A DNA stretch of 64,000 bases from Vicugna vicugna. Taxonomy: Eukaryota. The notes under the pieces are model-generated. The model saw only the letters and a list, made by a program, of their open reading frames with translations. It was not told the DNA's origin and did no database searches. How positions within the stretch are numbered: position 1 is the first letter of the stretch; each line of letters begins with the position of its first letter. The stretch is taken from contig MU063896.1 of the NCBI GenBank assembly GCA_013265495.1, forward strand, positions 16,115,140-16,179,139. The letters are read 5' to 3'. Of this stretch, positions 14,001 to 29,000 are shown in pieces. Both the position numbers and the translations under genes were made by a program.

Positions 14001-17000
14001 GTCTCCTTAAGTCTCATTTCTTCAAGCTTCCATGTTACTCTGGGGGCAGGACGACCACTGATTGGCACATCGATGGTAAATGTGCTTCCTGCTTTGCAAG
14101 TTATGAGCTGATTGGTAATTCCAGTGAGATCAGCAGTGGGTTCAATTTGAGGCTCCTTGATGATGACAGAAGAGAAGGCTTCCCTGGGTTCACTGTAGCC
14201 AGCGTCATTCTTGGCCTTCACACGGAATTCATATTCAGTGTTCTCAACGAGGCGCTCCACTGTGAAAGTCAGCTGTTTGGTGTGACCAGCCTCAACCCAG
14301 AAGTCAGATCCCTTTTGTCTCATTTCCAGCAGGTAGCCAGTGATTCGACTGCCTCCATCATGGTCAGGTTTAAGCCAAGCTAATACCGCAGAGGATTTGC
14401 TTGTGTCAACAACATCGAGTCTCTTAGGTGGAGCAGGCTGTTCTGTGGCTACCATTGGTTCTGGCATCTCATAGGGTTCACCAACACCATACTCATTTTC
14501 TGCAGAAACACGGAAATAGTATGGAACGCCTTCTACCAGGTCGTTGACCTTTAGGATCTGGCGAGTGCATTTTTCACTGACCACCTGCCAGCTACGGCGA
14601 CTTGCTTCTCGTTTCTCTACCACGTAGTGATGGATTCGGGCACCACCGTCAAGGAGAGGGGCATCCCACATCAATGTAACAGATCCCCGCGTCACATCCT
14701 TGAAGGTAATTGGGCCAGGTGGGCCTGGAGAGTCTAGCACCTTTACCGTGAATGTGATTGACTTACTACCACTGCTGTTTTCCACGGTAAAGGTGTATTT
14801 CCCTGCATCGTTTCTGTTGCAGTTTTCCACGGTGAGGGTGCTGAAGGAGTCTGTGGTATGGATATCAGCCCGAATGCTAAGGTTCGAGTCAGGTTTGCTC
14901 CACACGGCTGTTGGAGTTGGTCTACCAGAGTAGGCAATGAAGAGGCGAATACTGGCCCCAGCCCTGACAACATGAGTCTGCTTGAAGTTGGCATCGATGT
15001 CTAACTCAGGAGCTGTTAATCGGTCAACAGCTTTAATGGTGCCGGTCACTTCACAGCTGTCTCCCTTTCCAGCACCATTGACAGCGCTCACCCGGAATTT
15101 GTATTCTTCTCCAGCTTGTAGATCGGTGACTGTATATCTTGTCTTCACACATGCTTCTACATTCACCTTGTGCCAGTCTCCTAAGTCAGCTTTGCACATT
15201 TCAATAATATACCCAATTATTTCCATGCCTCCATCAAACACTGGCTTGGACCATTCTAAGCTCACAGTTGTCTTTGATGTGTCTGTCACTTTGACCACAG
15301 TGGGGGCACTGGGTGGGCTGACTGGTTCTCTACATTTGATTAGTCTTGAGATGCCACTGGCAGGTCCTACTCCTGCAGCATTTTCAGCCATGACATGGAA
15401 TTCATACTCATTGCCCTCGGTCAGACCGGTGACTTTGAATCTTGTCTCACAGATTGGTCGCTTGCTGATCACTTTCACCCATCGAGTGCTCTTCTTTTCT
15501 CTCCTTTCGAGGATATACTGTTGGATTTCATTGCCACCATCCGATTCTGGCCTTGTCCATGTCAGGGTAATGCTATTGCCTGTTATGTTACTAGGTTCTG
15601 GAGTGCCAGGGGCATCGGGAATAGCTGTAAAATGAAAACAAAGAAGCAATCCATTAGACACGTTTGCTTGGAAGTGAATCTTATGACATAGTACCACTTA
15701 GTAAAAATGGACACTCACTGTACTGTATTTGAGCGACCACTGGGTCAGAATCCAGTGGCCTGCCAACACCAAATTTATTAACTGCAGAAACACGGAATTG
15801 GTATTCGTTGCCAGTTATTAGTTTACTGGCAGTATAGCTGTGGCCTTCACAATTATCCTCAATTAGTGCCCAAGCAAGTCTGCTGGTTTCCCGTTTTTCA
15901 ATGATGTAGTGAGTTACAGGAGCACAGCCATCATTCAGTGGAGCATCCCACCACAGGGTCATCTTCTCTCCAGTAATACTGGTGAATCTTATTGGCCCAA
16001 CTGGTTCTCCTGGTGTATCTATAAGAAAAAGGTTCCAGAGTTAGTTTCTTTTCTCTCGCTCATTAAAATGTAATCAGGCATGTCTTTAATCCAGGTCCTG
16101 TAAACTGTAAGATTAAGAAGCTATTTTAGGAGTACCTTGTACTTTCACTTTAATTTCTGCCTTTGTGGAGCCAGATGCATTTTTGGCTTCCACTGTGTAT
16201 ACACCACGATGGTCCCGAGTAGCATCTCTAACAAAGATGCTGGTGGATCCAAGGACATCTGTTATTTCTATTTTCATCTTCTTTTCAATTTCTTCTCCAT
16301 CTTTGTACCAAGTTACTCGAGGTACTGGTCGTCCTTGCACCAAAGCTTTAATTCTGAGATTCTCTCCAGACTTAATAGTGACACCATCAAAGTACTCAGG
16401 GCCAAACTCTACTATTGGTGGAACTATAAAAGAAATAGAAATAATATACATTAGTTTGGCTTAATAAAGACATAAATAACCATGTTTTTCATTGGTACCA
16501 TATCCTAAAGCCTGGAAGGGTAATGCTTATACTGTGTCACTAAGGGCTATTTTGAAAGTAGGACTAAATAATTGAGAATTTAGATTGTGGGGTTAAACAT
16601 TTGCATATTATTGGATTATCTCCTTTGCTGATGTCTGTCATGTTATTAATCTTGCATTGCCATTTGTAAATTGAGAAACAAAACATTTACAGATCATTTA
16701 CTTCCTAATACTGCTTGTTTCTGTAGGAGGCCATCAGCTGCACTCAAGACAAGGCGATGGTTGTGCTGTTGGATCTGTGTTGTATTTTAGTAACTTCAGA
16801 AGAGATGGACAGTTCTTTTTGAGAGCTTTTCCCTTGATTTTCAGTGTCTGAAATTACAAAGCTAAAAACTCATTCCCACCTGCATGCTGTTTATTTGGAA
16901 AGGGAATGAAATAACAGACATGGTAAAAAGAATTGATACTAATTACATGTTTTTTCTCTTCATCTGAAAAGTAGAACATCTAATTCATCCACGTAACAGC

Positions 17001-20000
17001 CTTTGGTAATCTGTATGAGATGTTGTTTCTGTTCCCATTTTACAGATTAGGGGCTAAAATATTTTTTAAAAAACATACATGCTCTTAGTGACACTGGAAA
17101 TCAGTTGTAAACGCTTACCATTTTCATCTCTTGTCATAATAACGCCAGAAGACTGTGAGGGCGGGCTTATAGTTCCAACAGCATTTCTTGCAATTATCCT
17201 GAACTCGTATCGATCCCCAGGACTAAGTCCTGTAACCGTGTACTGACATTCGCTGACATCGGTAAAGTTACATCGAGTCCAGCGATCGCTCCCTTGCCGT
17301 TTCTCAATGCTGTAGGCCACAATCTTACTGCCTCCATCACGCAACGGTGGGTTCCACTTAAGTGTGATGGTTTCCCGGGTGACATCAATGTAGTCAGGAG
17401 TGCCAGGTGGGTCTAAATAAATTATATGGAAGTTAAAAGTGTCATTATTTCTGTAATCAACTCTTAATCCTCAGTGGAAGAAAAATAAAGTGGATAAATC
17501 ACCTGAATTCATTTTAGCCATTAATTGCAATTTTTTTTATTGTATTGGAGTCTTAAAAAAAAGAACTCTCAGTTACCTTATTAGACTAATTTAAAATCAT
17601 CTCCCTTGTTTTACTTGACCAGCTCTCTAGTGATAAGAAGATATGTGAAAAGGTGGTAACATAAAAGAAAAGCTGTGTTCGATTTGTCACTAGTACATTC
17701 AGTTGCTGAATTAAATAGATTTGAATAATTCTCAGTCACTTACCTACTGGGGAAACAGCTAAGGTAAATTTGCTTGGGTCACTAGGTGAGCTTAGGCCGG
17801 CAGAATTTTCAGCGTATACACGGAACTGGTAATCCAGGCCTTCCATTAGTCCAGTAGCTCTATATTCTCTTCCAGATATTGGTGATGTATTAAGTCTTTG
17901 CCAGAGGATGCTATTTCTTTCTTTCTTCTCAACATGGTATCCAGTAACTTCTGAGCCGCCATCATAAACTGGAGCATCCCAAGTTAGTGACATGCCATCA
18001 GAAGTTACATTGTATGTAACTGGCTTTCCTGGGGGGCCAGGAATCCTGAACTGATGTCTTGCCACAATAAGGTTTGACACAAGTGGCTCGCTGACTCCGT
18101 ATCTGTTTTCTGCCCTAACTCTGAACTGGTATTCAGCATCTTTGACCAGATTAGGAACTTTGAAAGTTGTCCGGGCCACGCTCGAACACACCATCTTCCA
18201 ATTAGTTTGTGAAGCTTCTCGCTTCTCAATGCTGTAACAAGTAATTTCTCCTCCTCCATCATCTTCTGGCACATCCCATGACATGATGACACTGTCAGCC
18301 TTGACTTCATCGAATCGAATGGGTCCTTTGGGCTTTGATGGTGGGCCAAGTGTGATGATTGTAATGGGAAATGAGTTTCGACAAACTGCGTTATCAAGGA
18401 TAATGGTGTATTTCCCTCCATTCTCCTTCTTAGCATTCTTAATACTCAGAGTAAGTTTGTTTTCAGTTTTACTTAAACGAACACGTTCGCTCTCTTTCAG
18501 TGGCAAACCATCTTTTAACCAACTGATAGATGGTTTGGGTTTTCCTTTATAAGGTAATTCGAGGTGCACATTATGCCCAATTCTCACACTGACTTGTGCT
18601 CCAGGGATTTCTGACAGGTCAACTTCAGGTGTAATCACAAGTTCTTTCACTGTAATTGGCCCAATAGTGACACCATCACTCAGTCCTTTCTCATTTTTGG
18701 CAGACACTCTGAATTCCAGGACTGACTGTTCCTTGAGTTGGCTAACCTCTATTTCACATGTCTTACTTATGCCAGCATGTGACCACACTTGTTCGCCTTT
18801 GCCTTTCCTTTCCACAATGTAGTCTGTGATGACACTACCACCATCAAAGTCTGGCTTGGTCCAGGTCAGCGTAACAGATGTCTTTGTTGAATCTTTCACT
18901 GAGAGGTCGCGTATAGGAGCTGGTACTTCAGCAGCCTTCACTGGCTCCGTAGTGTCACAGGGTTCCCCGATTCCAATTTCATTTACTGCAAGAACTCTGA
19001 AGAAGAATGGAGTTTTCTCTGACAAATCTGTCACCTTAAAGGATGTGCTGGAACATTTGTGTGACACTGAAGACCATGTTCTCTTGGTGGCATCTCTCTT
19101 CTCAATGATGTAATTGATGATGGGAGATCCTCCGTCAATGAGAGGAGGCTCCCAAAGCAAAGTGACTGTGCCTCGAGAAACATGTTTAACCTGTAGTTTC
19201 TGGCAAGCAGCTGGTGTGTCGAGCACTTTAACATTCACAGTTGAAGACTTTGGTTGACCAACTCCATTTTCTATTGTGAGGATATATTTGCCTGTATCAT
19301 TGCGAGTGACTTGAGGAATAATGAGTAATGAAGATGAATCAGTGTTTTGAATGCTGTATCTGGCGTCACTGCCAAGATTCTTCTCATCTTTTCTCCATGT
19401 GACAGTAGGAGGAGGTCTGCCTTTGAAGGGAATAAACACGTGCACATCTTCACCAGCTTTAGCTATAATGGAGGTCCTGAGAGCCACATCCAGGTCGATC
19501 TCTGGTTCCTCTATAGACATAAAATGGACATGGATAATGAATTTTAATGCATGAAAATGAGTGATTTCCTGGAAGTACTCTATTAAAAAAAATAAAAACA
19601 CAGTCACACCAGTTGGTACGTACCAAGTATATCTTTAGCTTGTGCGGGTTCAGTCATTTCTATAGGTTCTCCTTGTCCAGCACAGTTTACAGCGGATACC
19701 TGGAAGTAGTAATTAACTCCGGGCTTCAGGTTAGATACCACATATTCTGTAGTTCTGACCTCTCCCTTGGCAGAGACAACAGTCCATTCCTCTTCCTCTC
19801 CTTGTCTCATCGCAACAACATATCCGGTAACAGCACTGCCCCCATCATAGACAGGTTTACTCCAGCCAAGAGTGATGGATGATTTAGTTGAATCTGCAAT
19901 TCTTATCTTAGCTGGTGGGCCTGGAGGATCTGGAACGGCCATTCACAATACAGTAGTTATGTGATCATGTACAATTTGGCGACAAGAAAGAAGACACAGG

Positions 20001-23000
20001 TGAAGACACCACACTTACCAATAGGATCGGCAGCTTTGTAGAAGTCAGATGGTTCAGAAAATGGACCATGTCCAGCAGCATTTAGAGCACAAACACGGTA
20101 CTGATAGTCACTGTTTTCTGTGAGTCCTGTCACTTTCTGTCTGGTGTCACGGATAGTCTCCTTTAGGACTTTAAACCATCCCAGACTCTTCTTGTCTCGT
20201 TTCTCAAGGATATAGCCACTTATTTCACTACCGCCATCTGCAACTGGCCTGCTCCAGACAACTGTCATTGAATTCTTGGTAATCTTTGTCACCTCTGGCA
20301 CGCTTGGAGGCCCAGGTGTAACTGTTAAGAAAGGAAGAGGAAAATGAATTTAAAGGATGAACATTACTGATAAATTCTATATTTTAATCTTCAAATCCTA
20401 GCTAAGAATACTAGACTCATTTATTATACTTTCCACCTTGTGAAAAAAATGATAATGAGAAGAGATATGGGGCACAAGAAAATAAAAATCAATCAAGCTC
20501 TGAAAACATCTTCATAAGCTAGCGAATAGCTGATATGTATTGTTACATTTACAAAAGTTTGATTTTCTTTTTCTGATGCAACCATGGCTCACCGAATGCA
20601 TTCTTTGCTACCACTGGATGAGATTCCAGTGGATCACCAATTCCATATTTGTTCACAGCTCGAACCCGGAAGACGTATTCATTTCCTTTGATAATTTTGG
20701 TGGTTGTAATGATGCACTCTTCCAAATGTTCGGACACCATAGACCATACCACGCGGCTTGTTTCACGCTTCTCCACGATGTAGTGAGTGATTCTGGCACC
20801 ACCGTCATCCGCTGGAGGCTGCCAGAGAAGAGTTATCTTTTCGGCGGTGACGGTCTTAAACTCAATCGGTCCACCTGGAGGTCCTGGTTTGTCTGTCAGT
20901 GAGAGAACAAAACGCTGTATTAGTCAATTTTAAAAGTCTTCTAATTTAAAGTGATTAAGTTTTAGGCAAACAAAATATGATGTTGGCCTGTACTCAGCAC
21001 CTACCAAGGATCTGCACTCTGATGGTGGCCGAGGCTGAACCCATGGCATTCCTTAGTTTTAACTCATAGCTTCCACTATTAAGGCGATTTGTCTCTTTGA
21101 TGAGTATAGATGCAAGGTCAGTGGTATTTTCAACACACACCAGTGCACTGGTTTGTAACTCTTTATCATCTTTATACCACTCAATTGTAGGCTCAGGTTT
21201 GCCAGAAATGCCAGCTCTGAGCCTCACAGATGTACCTGCTCTGTATTTGACAACTTCTGTATATTCTAGAGGCAAATCAATCACAGGTCCACCTGCAAGA
21301 AAAACAGATGAGAAATATTTAAAAGATTATAAGGATTAAAAAAATAATGGCAACAACTTCAAAGTAAGCTCCCTGGCCTTTATGAATTAACATATACACA
21401 AACAGTAGTTCTGATCCTGTACATTTACATTTAAGCTTTATAAGCCGCTCTTCTCTCCCAGATAGGGAAGAACAATGGCGAGCAAGCTTCGTACCCCAGT
21501 GACACTGCAGTAATTGCACAGGGACTTCAATGCCTTTGAAAGGTACTTTAAAGTCTCTGAGGTGTTTTATTCCAATGATAAAATGGGATACAGCAGTGAG
21601 AACATCATTGGAGAAGCTGCATTCTACATTTTCTCTCATTCTAGGTCCTCCCTCCTCTTCCTCTAAGCACCTCCTATTCTTCTTAGTTTCCCTTCCCAGT
21701 TCACTGGTATCTAAGTGGGGGCAGTCATGTTGGTCTGTTGAGTTATGAATTTCCTACTCACAGAACTCTGTACTTCACTGGACTGATTTTCTGTCAGGCT
21801 GCTTGGAACTTTTGAGAAACAGAATGAAATGTGACTTGTTTTGCAGTCTCCCAAGTACTGATGCACAGTTCACAAAGCCTGGTTCATACAGAGAAGCCCT
21901 GGGATTCCCAGCGTGAGGACGGGAGTGGATGCTTTAGCTCAGACACCATAGAGACTCCTCCTTGAAAATGGGGGACTTTTAGAAAAAGTGTTGTAGGGTG
22001 AATTCTTGTGAAGTTTTAATTTTTAAGACTCTGTTCAGTTTAGTGTGCCACTTATTTTCCAGAATGGTCAAGTATGTGTGTTTTGGGCTGACAGCAACGT
22101 AGAGAGAATTCTGCATTCTGTCTCTGGGAGTCCTCACTCTGTCATCAGTGAGCTTGATGTTGGGGAAAGGATATAAGTACTCTAAACCTCAGTTTCTCTT
22201 CTGTAAAACTGGTTAACATTAAGGCTGTTAGAAGTAGGGGAGAGAATTCATGGAAAGTACCCAGTAAATGTTAGCTACTGCTAATATTATCACCATTAAT
22301 GCCTCTGTTTAGTCTTTCACTTATTTAAGAGGAATATTCTCTGGGCATTCAACCATGATTTTATTATTGACGGTGAAAATTTAAAGTAAAAATGTGAAAG
22401 CAGCAACTCATACAATCAAAGAATCATAAAAGGTTGAAGCTCGAAAGCCTTTAGCTATCCTGTAGTCTAAATCTCATGTTTTACAGTGAAGTTAGGAGGC
22501 CTAAAGAGGGGTTAAGGAATTTTCCTAAGACTCCCAGCTAGTTCATAATTTCTTATAATCTAACTAAGGTGCACAGTGAAAGTTATCCTATAGATTAGGA
22601 CCCATAAGACAAAATACTAAGTTAAATTGCTGTTGAGATTCAAAGTGCTAAACGTGCTTACCGTAAGAATCGACGCAAGTAATGGGACCTACAACCTCAG
22701 ATGGATTGCTGATGGATCCAACGGCATTTCTAGCAAAGACACGGAATTCATACTGGGAGTTCTGAGTCAAGCCAGAGACGGTGAAGTGAGTCTCGGTGAC
22801 ATTGGTAAAGCTGGCCTTGGCCCATCTGCCATCTGGAAGATCTCGTCTCTCAATGATGTAGCCTGTAATCTTGCTTCCTCCATCAAAAGCTGGTTGTTGC
22901 CATGAAAGGTTGACAGAGTTCTTTGAAATATCAGTGATACGGACATTTCTTGGGGGTTCTGTGGTAATAACAGAAAGCAGATTAGTGGCATTTATGTCAT

Positions 23001-26000
23001 TATTTTGCTCTGCAGAAATAAGGTTTGCATTTTTTTAAGCAATCAGAACTGTCCTCCTTGTGAAAAATACATACCACAGGCATCAATGGCTAGGACTGGT
23101 TCGGAAGGATGGCTGGGTTTTCCAATACCAGCAGCATTTTCTGCATACACCCTGAATTCATAGATAAGTCCGGCACTGATCGTTGTGACTTTGAAGTGAG
23201 TTGTGCGGATGACCATTTTGTTGACTTTTTGCCATAAGACACTGTTTCTGTCTTTCATTTCCAGGTGATATCCTGTAACTGCACTGCCTCCACTGGACAC
23301 TGGTTCATGCCAGCTCACAGTGATGCTTTCTCGAGTAACATGAGTGACCCATGGTGTAGATGGCGGTCCAGGTGTTGCTATAAAAGAGAGAAGTCCCATA
23401 AGTTAACATAGACATTTAAAATATTTAAAGGGAAACCTGGGATCTCTGNNNNNNNNNNNNNNNNNNNNNNNNNNNNNNNNNNNNNNNNNNNNNNNNNNNN
23501 NNNNNNNNNNNNNNNNNNNNNNNNNNNNNNNNNNNNNNNNNNNNNNNNNNNNNNNNNNNNNNNNNNNNNNNNNNNNNNNNNNNNNNNNGTTCTTGCAACT
23601 GTCGCAGACACTTCAGTCCATGCTGCGGTACTTGTCTCTCTCTTGAGTACAATGTAATTGGTAACCTGACTTCCGCCATCATACTTAGGAGGCTCCCATT
23701 TGAGAGTCACACTTTGTTCAGTTATATCACTAATCACAACAGGGCCAGTTGGGGGACCAGGCCTGTCCAGTACGACGATGTTAATGAAAGCTTTGGTTGT
23801 TCCACTGGAGTTGGCGGCAGTGATCTCATATCTTCCAGCATCAGCAGCAATGCTTTCTTTGAGATTGATGGTCAGGTTCTCGGCAGTAATTTCAGTATTA
23901 AATCTCATGGTTGCTTTCAGGGGGACACCATCTCTTGATAAGGTCACTTTGGGCAGTGGTTTTCCAGAAATTGGAATGTCAACTTTAAGGTTTGAACCGG
24001 CTCTAACATAGACGGTGTGGCTTGGGAAATTCTTCATGTCTATTTCAGGTGGTTCTGAAAAATAAGAGTATGGCAGATGAAGGTGAAAAAGAGTTTTTAA
24101 AAATTAAATCAATGCAAATAATTTCAAATTTTGCTTCTTTATAAAATTAGACATACCTAGCTTCTCCTTAACGAGAACAGGAAGCAGCAGCTCTCTTGGG
24201 TCACTCAGACCAGCCTGATTTTCAGCGAACACTCGGAAAAAGTACTCAGCATTCTCCCTCAGACCAGAAATAACATGATGGGTTGACTTCACCACGGCAC
24301 ATCTAACCCAGTTTTTCTGTCCTTTTTCTAGTGTTTCAATGACGTAATGTACAATTCTGCTTCCACCGTCATGTTCTGGCTTCAACCAGGTCAGGGAAAC
24401 ACTGTCTTTGGATACACTTGTTACTCCAAGTTTTTCAGGTGGGCTTGGTTTTTCTAAGAAAGTAAAACATCAGAAGAAAGGGAAGATTATGAAACATTTT
24501 TCCCCCACATGTGTTCTTCCTGCATTGTCAAAAGAAAAATTTTAAATGAAGGCCATATAGTTACTTTGATTTGAGTCTTTCTTACTTTTTGTATGACTAG
24601 TTTGGCTTCTGAACCAAGCCACACTTGCCCAGGCTTTGCCATTCCATATCATAGCATTCAAATCAAGTTGTCAAATGACCAGGTTAAATGGTAAAATTTA
24701 TCCCATATTTATCATGGGTATAAAAATGAGGAATGAGATGAACAATTTTGTAAGAAATATCACGGTTTCTGCACACTCACACGATATTGTGCAGTCAAAT
24801 TCAAATTCAGTTATGCTTAAACGTATATATAATATACTTAAACATATATATAAAATATTCAACATGTATTATCCAATTCCAGCTATGTCAATTTCTACTT
24901 TTTTTAATCAATGAAAAACTCTGTCAGTAAGATTTCATTTTGTGGTATATAGTGTGAATTATTTGAGGTGTGAACCAAAAGCACTAAAAATTAAATAATA
25001 ATTAGAATGATTCACACTATTCTAGGAAAACTAATATGGAAATGTAGGTTTTCTTTGTTCTTAAAACATACCTGTTATTTTTACTCCTTCCTTTGTTTCG
25101 GCTGGTACACCAACACCAAACTCATTTTCTCCAGAGACTCTGAAGTAATAAATCGCCCCTTCTTGTNNNNNNNNNNNNNNNNNNNNNNNNNNNNNNNNNN
25201 NNNNNNNNNNNNNNNNNNNNNNNNNNNNNNNNNNNNNNNNNNNNNNNNNNNNNNNNNNNNNNNNNNNNNNNNNNNNNNNNNNNNNNNNNNNNNNNNNNNN
25301 NNNNNNTGCAGACTCTTTGGTGACATCACGCACAGAAATATTGGCTGGAGGACCAGGAGAATCTAAAACTTTGACAACTAAGGTCAGTGAAGCAGCATTC
25401 AAAATATTCTGAATCATTAATGTGTATTTTCCAGAATCATTTCTGTTGGCATTTTCAATAGTCAGTGACGTACGAGAGTCTGTGGAGTCAATGTAAGCTC
25501 TAGTGCGGAGGTCAGTGTCTGGTTTACTCCAGGAGACGGTGGGGACTGGTCTTCCTCGGAAAGGTACCGTCATGGTGAACGAGGCACCGGCCTTGACAAT
25601 CAAGGTCTTCTTCATTTCACTATCAAGGTCAAATACAGGTTCTTCTTCTCTTTCCTTTGCTATCTGGGGATCGGAGCTGTCACTGGGATCACTAGCACCC
25701 ACCTTATTGATAGATCTTACTCTGAAAACGTATTCGCCTCCTGTTGTTAGTCCACTTATTGTAAATTCTGTGCCTCTTAAGTTCTGAATGGCAGTTTTCC
25801 AGTCAGTTTCATCAGACTTTTTGTATTCTACAGCGTATCCGGTTACTGGGGACCCACCATCAAATAAGGGCTTAACCCAGCTAATCGTTATATTTGTCTT
25901 GCCTGAGTCCACGATTGTGGGTTTGGATGGAGGAGACGGTAAGAACACTGGATCTTCTGCCCGAACTAAGGGAGAGGTTTCACTTGGAAGGCTCAGGCCA

Positions 26001-29000
26001 GCAGCATTTTCTGCATATACCCGATACTCATATTCACATCCTTCCCGAAGTCCGGTGGATTTCACTCTCAGATCATAAACTGGTTTTTTGTTTACACGCA
26101 CCCATCGCAGGCTGTTTTTCTCTCGCCTTTCAATTATGTATCCAGAGATTTCACTACCTCCATCACTCTCGGGTCTCGACCAGCAAAGTGTCATGAACTC
26201 TTTGGTCACAGATGTAATTTCCAAAGATGTGGGAGGACTTGGAACTGTAAATGGATCTAGTGCCTTTACAGCCACACTCTCTAGTGGCTCACCTACACCA
26301 TATTTATTAACGCCTGTTACTCTAAAGATGTATTCGTTGCCTTTGAGTAACTTGGTTACTTTACAGGATGTTGTCCTTAACTCTCCTTCACATATTGTCC
26401 AAGCAAGGCGGCTTGTCTCACGTTTTTCTACAATGTAATAGTCGATTGCTGCACCGCCATCTTCTTGAGGTGGTCCCCAGGAAAGAGAGCACTTCTCAGC
26501 AGTTAGGCCAGTTATTTCAAGTGGTCCTGCTGGTGGGCCAGGCTTATCGAGAACCTTGCAATTAACTGCCATAGACCGAGTTCCTGCGACATTCTTCAGT
26601 GTTAGCACATACTGCCCAGAGTCTCGTCGGACACAGTCTTTCACTGTTAGCAAGGTATCATAGTCTGTAGAGATTATTTCTGTTCTCGCTCTCTCTTCAA
26701 TTTCTACACCATCCTTGGCCCAGGAAATTATTGGCAGAGGTCGCCCTGCAATGTCTGCATTTATCTTAAGGACCTCTCCAGCTTTGACAACAATGACAGC
26801 TCGGAACTTGACATCCATCATAATTCTTGGAGCCTCAACATCGTCTTTGACTGTAATAGGTCCAGTGGATTCAGATGGCTCACTGATTGAGTCAGCAGCA
26901 TTCTTTGCAAACACCCGGAATTCGTAACGCTGATCTTCAGTAAGTTCGGTTACTTCAAAGTATGTTTCTTGGACATTAGTATAATTGCACTTCAGCCACC
27001 GACCATCTGGTAGTTCTCGGCGTTCAATAATGTATCCCGTGATCTTAGCTCCACCATCGTAATGTGGTTTAGACCATTTAAGTGACACTGATTTTCTTGT
27101 GATATTTGTGACTTCAGGTTGTCCAGGAGGGTCACAAGGGTCTCTTGCAGGGACTGGTTCACAGGATTTACTGCACTTACCAATTCCAGCAATATTCTCA
27201 GCATATACACGATACTCATACATCAGTCCTTCATCAAGGCCAGAGACTTTCATTTGAGTATCGGCGATGAGCATTTTATTTGCTTTTGACCAAAGAATGC
27301 TGCTTCTTTCTTTATATTCCAGGTGATAGCCAATTACTTGACTTCCTCCATCATGAACTGGCACTTGCCAGGTTACTATCATGGTGGATTTTGTGGCATG
27401 CACAACTTTAGGAGTACCAGGAGGACCTGGGGGGCTGAATGGATACTCTGCGACAACGGCTGAAGATTCACTGTAGGAGCTCTTTCCGTAGCGGTTTTCT
27501 GCACAAACACGGAACAGATACTCACTTCCTGTTATCAGACGAATAATTTTAATGGATGTTCTTGCAACTGCTTGTGAAACTACGTGCCATGCTGTAGAAG
27601 TGGTTTCTCTCTTTTCAACGATGTAATTGCTAATTTGGCAGCCACCATCATATTCTGGAGGATTCCAAGAAATGGTTATATTGTCGCAGCTAACCTCATC
27701 AATATGTATAGGTCCAGGAGGTCCTGGTTTGTCAAGAACAATTACAGTAATAGGAACAGTTAGGGATCCAGCACTGTTTGAAACACATAATTCATAAGTT
27801 CCAACATCTTCCCTTGAAGCTTCCTTAATAGTTAGTGATGTTACAGTCTTGGAAGAAGAAACATTGACTCTAGTTGTCTCTTTAAGAGCCTGACCATCTT
27901 TTTTCCAAATTACAGTAGCTTGAGGTCTTCCTTTAAATGGAACATCAATCTTAAGTTGGTCTCTAGCCTTTACGTTGAAAGTATTGAAAGGAAGCTCAAC
28001 TGAAGGCTTTATCTCAATATCCCTTGCAATTACCGGCACTCCCAGTTGTCTTGGGTCACTTTTTCCTTTTTCATTAATGGCGGATACCCTGAAGGTATAC
28101 TCCTCTCCAGTACTTAGGCCAGATATAGTTGCCTCTAGAGTCTTAACTTGTGTGCAGATGCTCCATTTTTCACTCCCTTTAGTCTGCATTTCAACCACAT
28201 AACCAGTAATTTTGCTGCCACCATCACTTTCTGGTTTCTCCCACTTAATCGTGGCTGTGTTACGGGTCACGTCCACAAGAGTTACTCTTCCAGGTGGGAG
28301 GGGTGGTTCAGAAGCTTTAACCGGTTCAGTTGTTTCAGCTGGCAAACCAATCCCATATTCATTGCAAGCCAAGACTCGGAAGTAGTAAGAACATCCTTCT
28401 AGCAGATTTTCAATTTTGAAAGTATTCTTGGTGCAATTATTTGTAACGGTAGCATATGCTTTTCTTGTTGTTTCTCGTTTTTCGACGATGTAGTTTGTGA
28501 TCTTAGCTCCACCGTCAATTAGTGGTGGTTCCCACGCCAACACCACTGAGTCTTTCTTCACTTCTCTTACAGTCAGGTTCACAGGGGCGCTGGGTGAGTC
28601 GAGAACTCTGACGTTAACAAAAGCGGTTTTAGAGCCACTGTTATTTTCCAGTGTTAGATTATACCGACCACTGTCAAATCTGGTGACGTTATCAATTACC
28701 AACATTGTATATGAGCTGGTCACCTCAATCTGGGCCCTCTCGGTGAGAATGCCTTCGGCCTTTTCCCACTTCACTTCAGGTTCCGGTCGACCCTTGATGG
28801 TGACAAATAAGCGTAAGGTCGTACTGGCTCGCAGAACAACCACTTTCCTGAGATCAGCGTCGAGTTCTATTTCTGGAGGCTCTTGCCTCTCTTTAGCAAC
28901 AACTGAGCCAGGTATGGCTGCAGGCTCTCCTACACCTTCAGAATTGATGGCACAGATACGGAAGCTATATTCAGTATTTTCTTTAAGCTTGGTCACCGTG

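Noticed and set aside
14982-15635. 217-aa plus-strand ORF and similar ones (28497-29081, 34998-35684, 41490-41975)
   Set aside because: Antisense shadows of titin codons. They recur at equivalent positions of the Fn3/Ig repeats and resemble no protein family.
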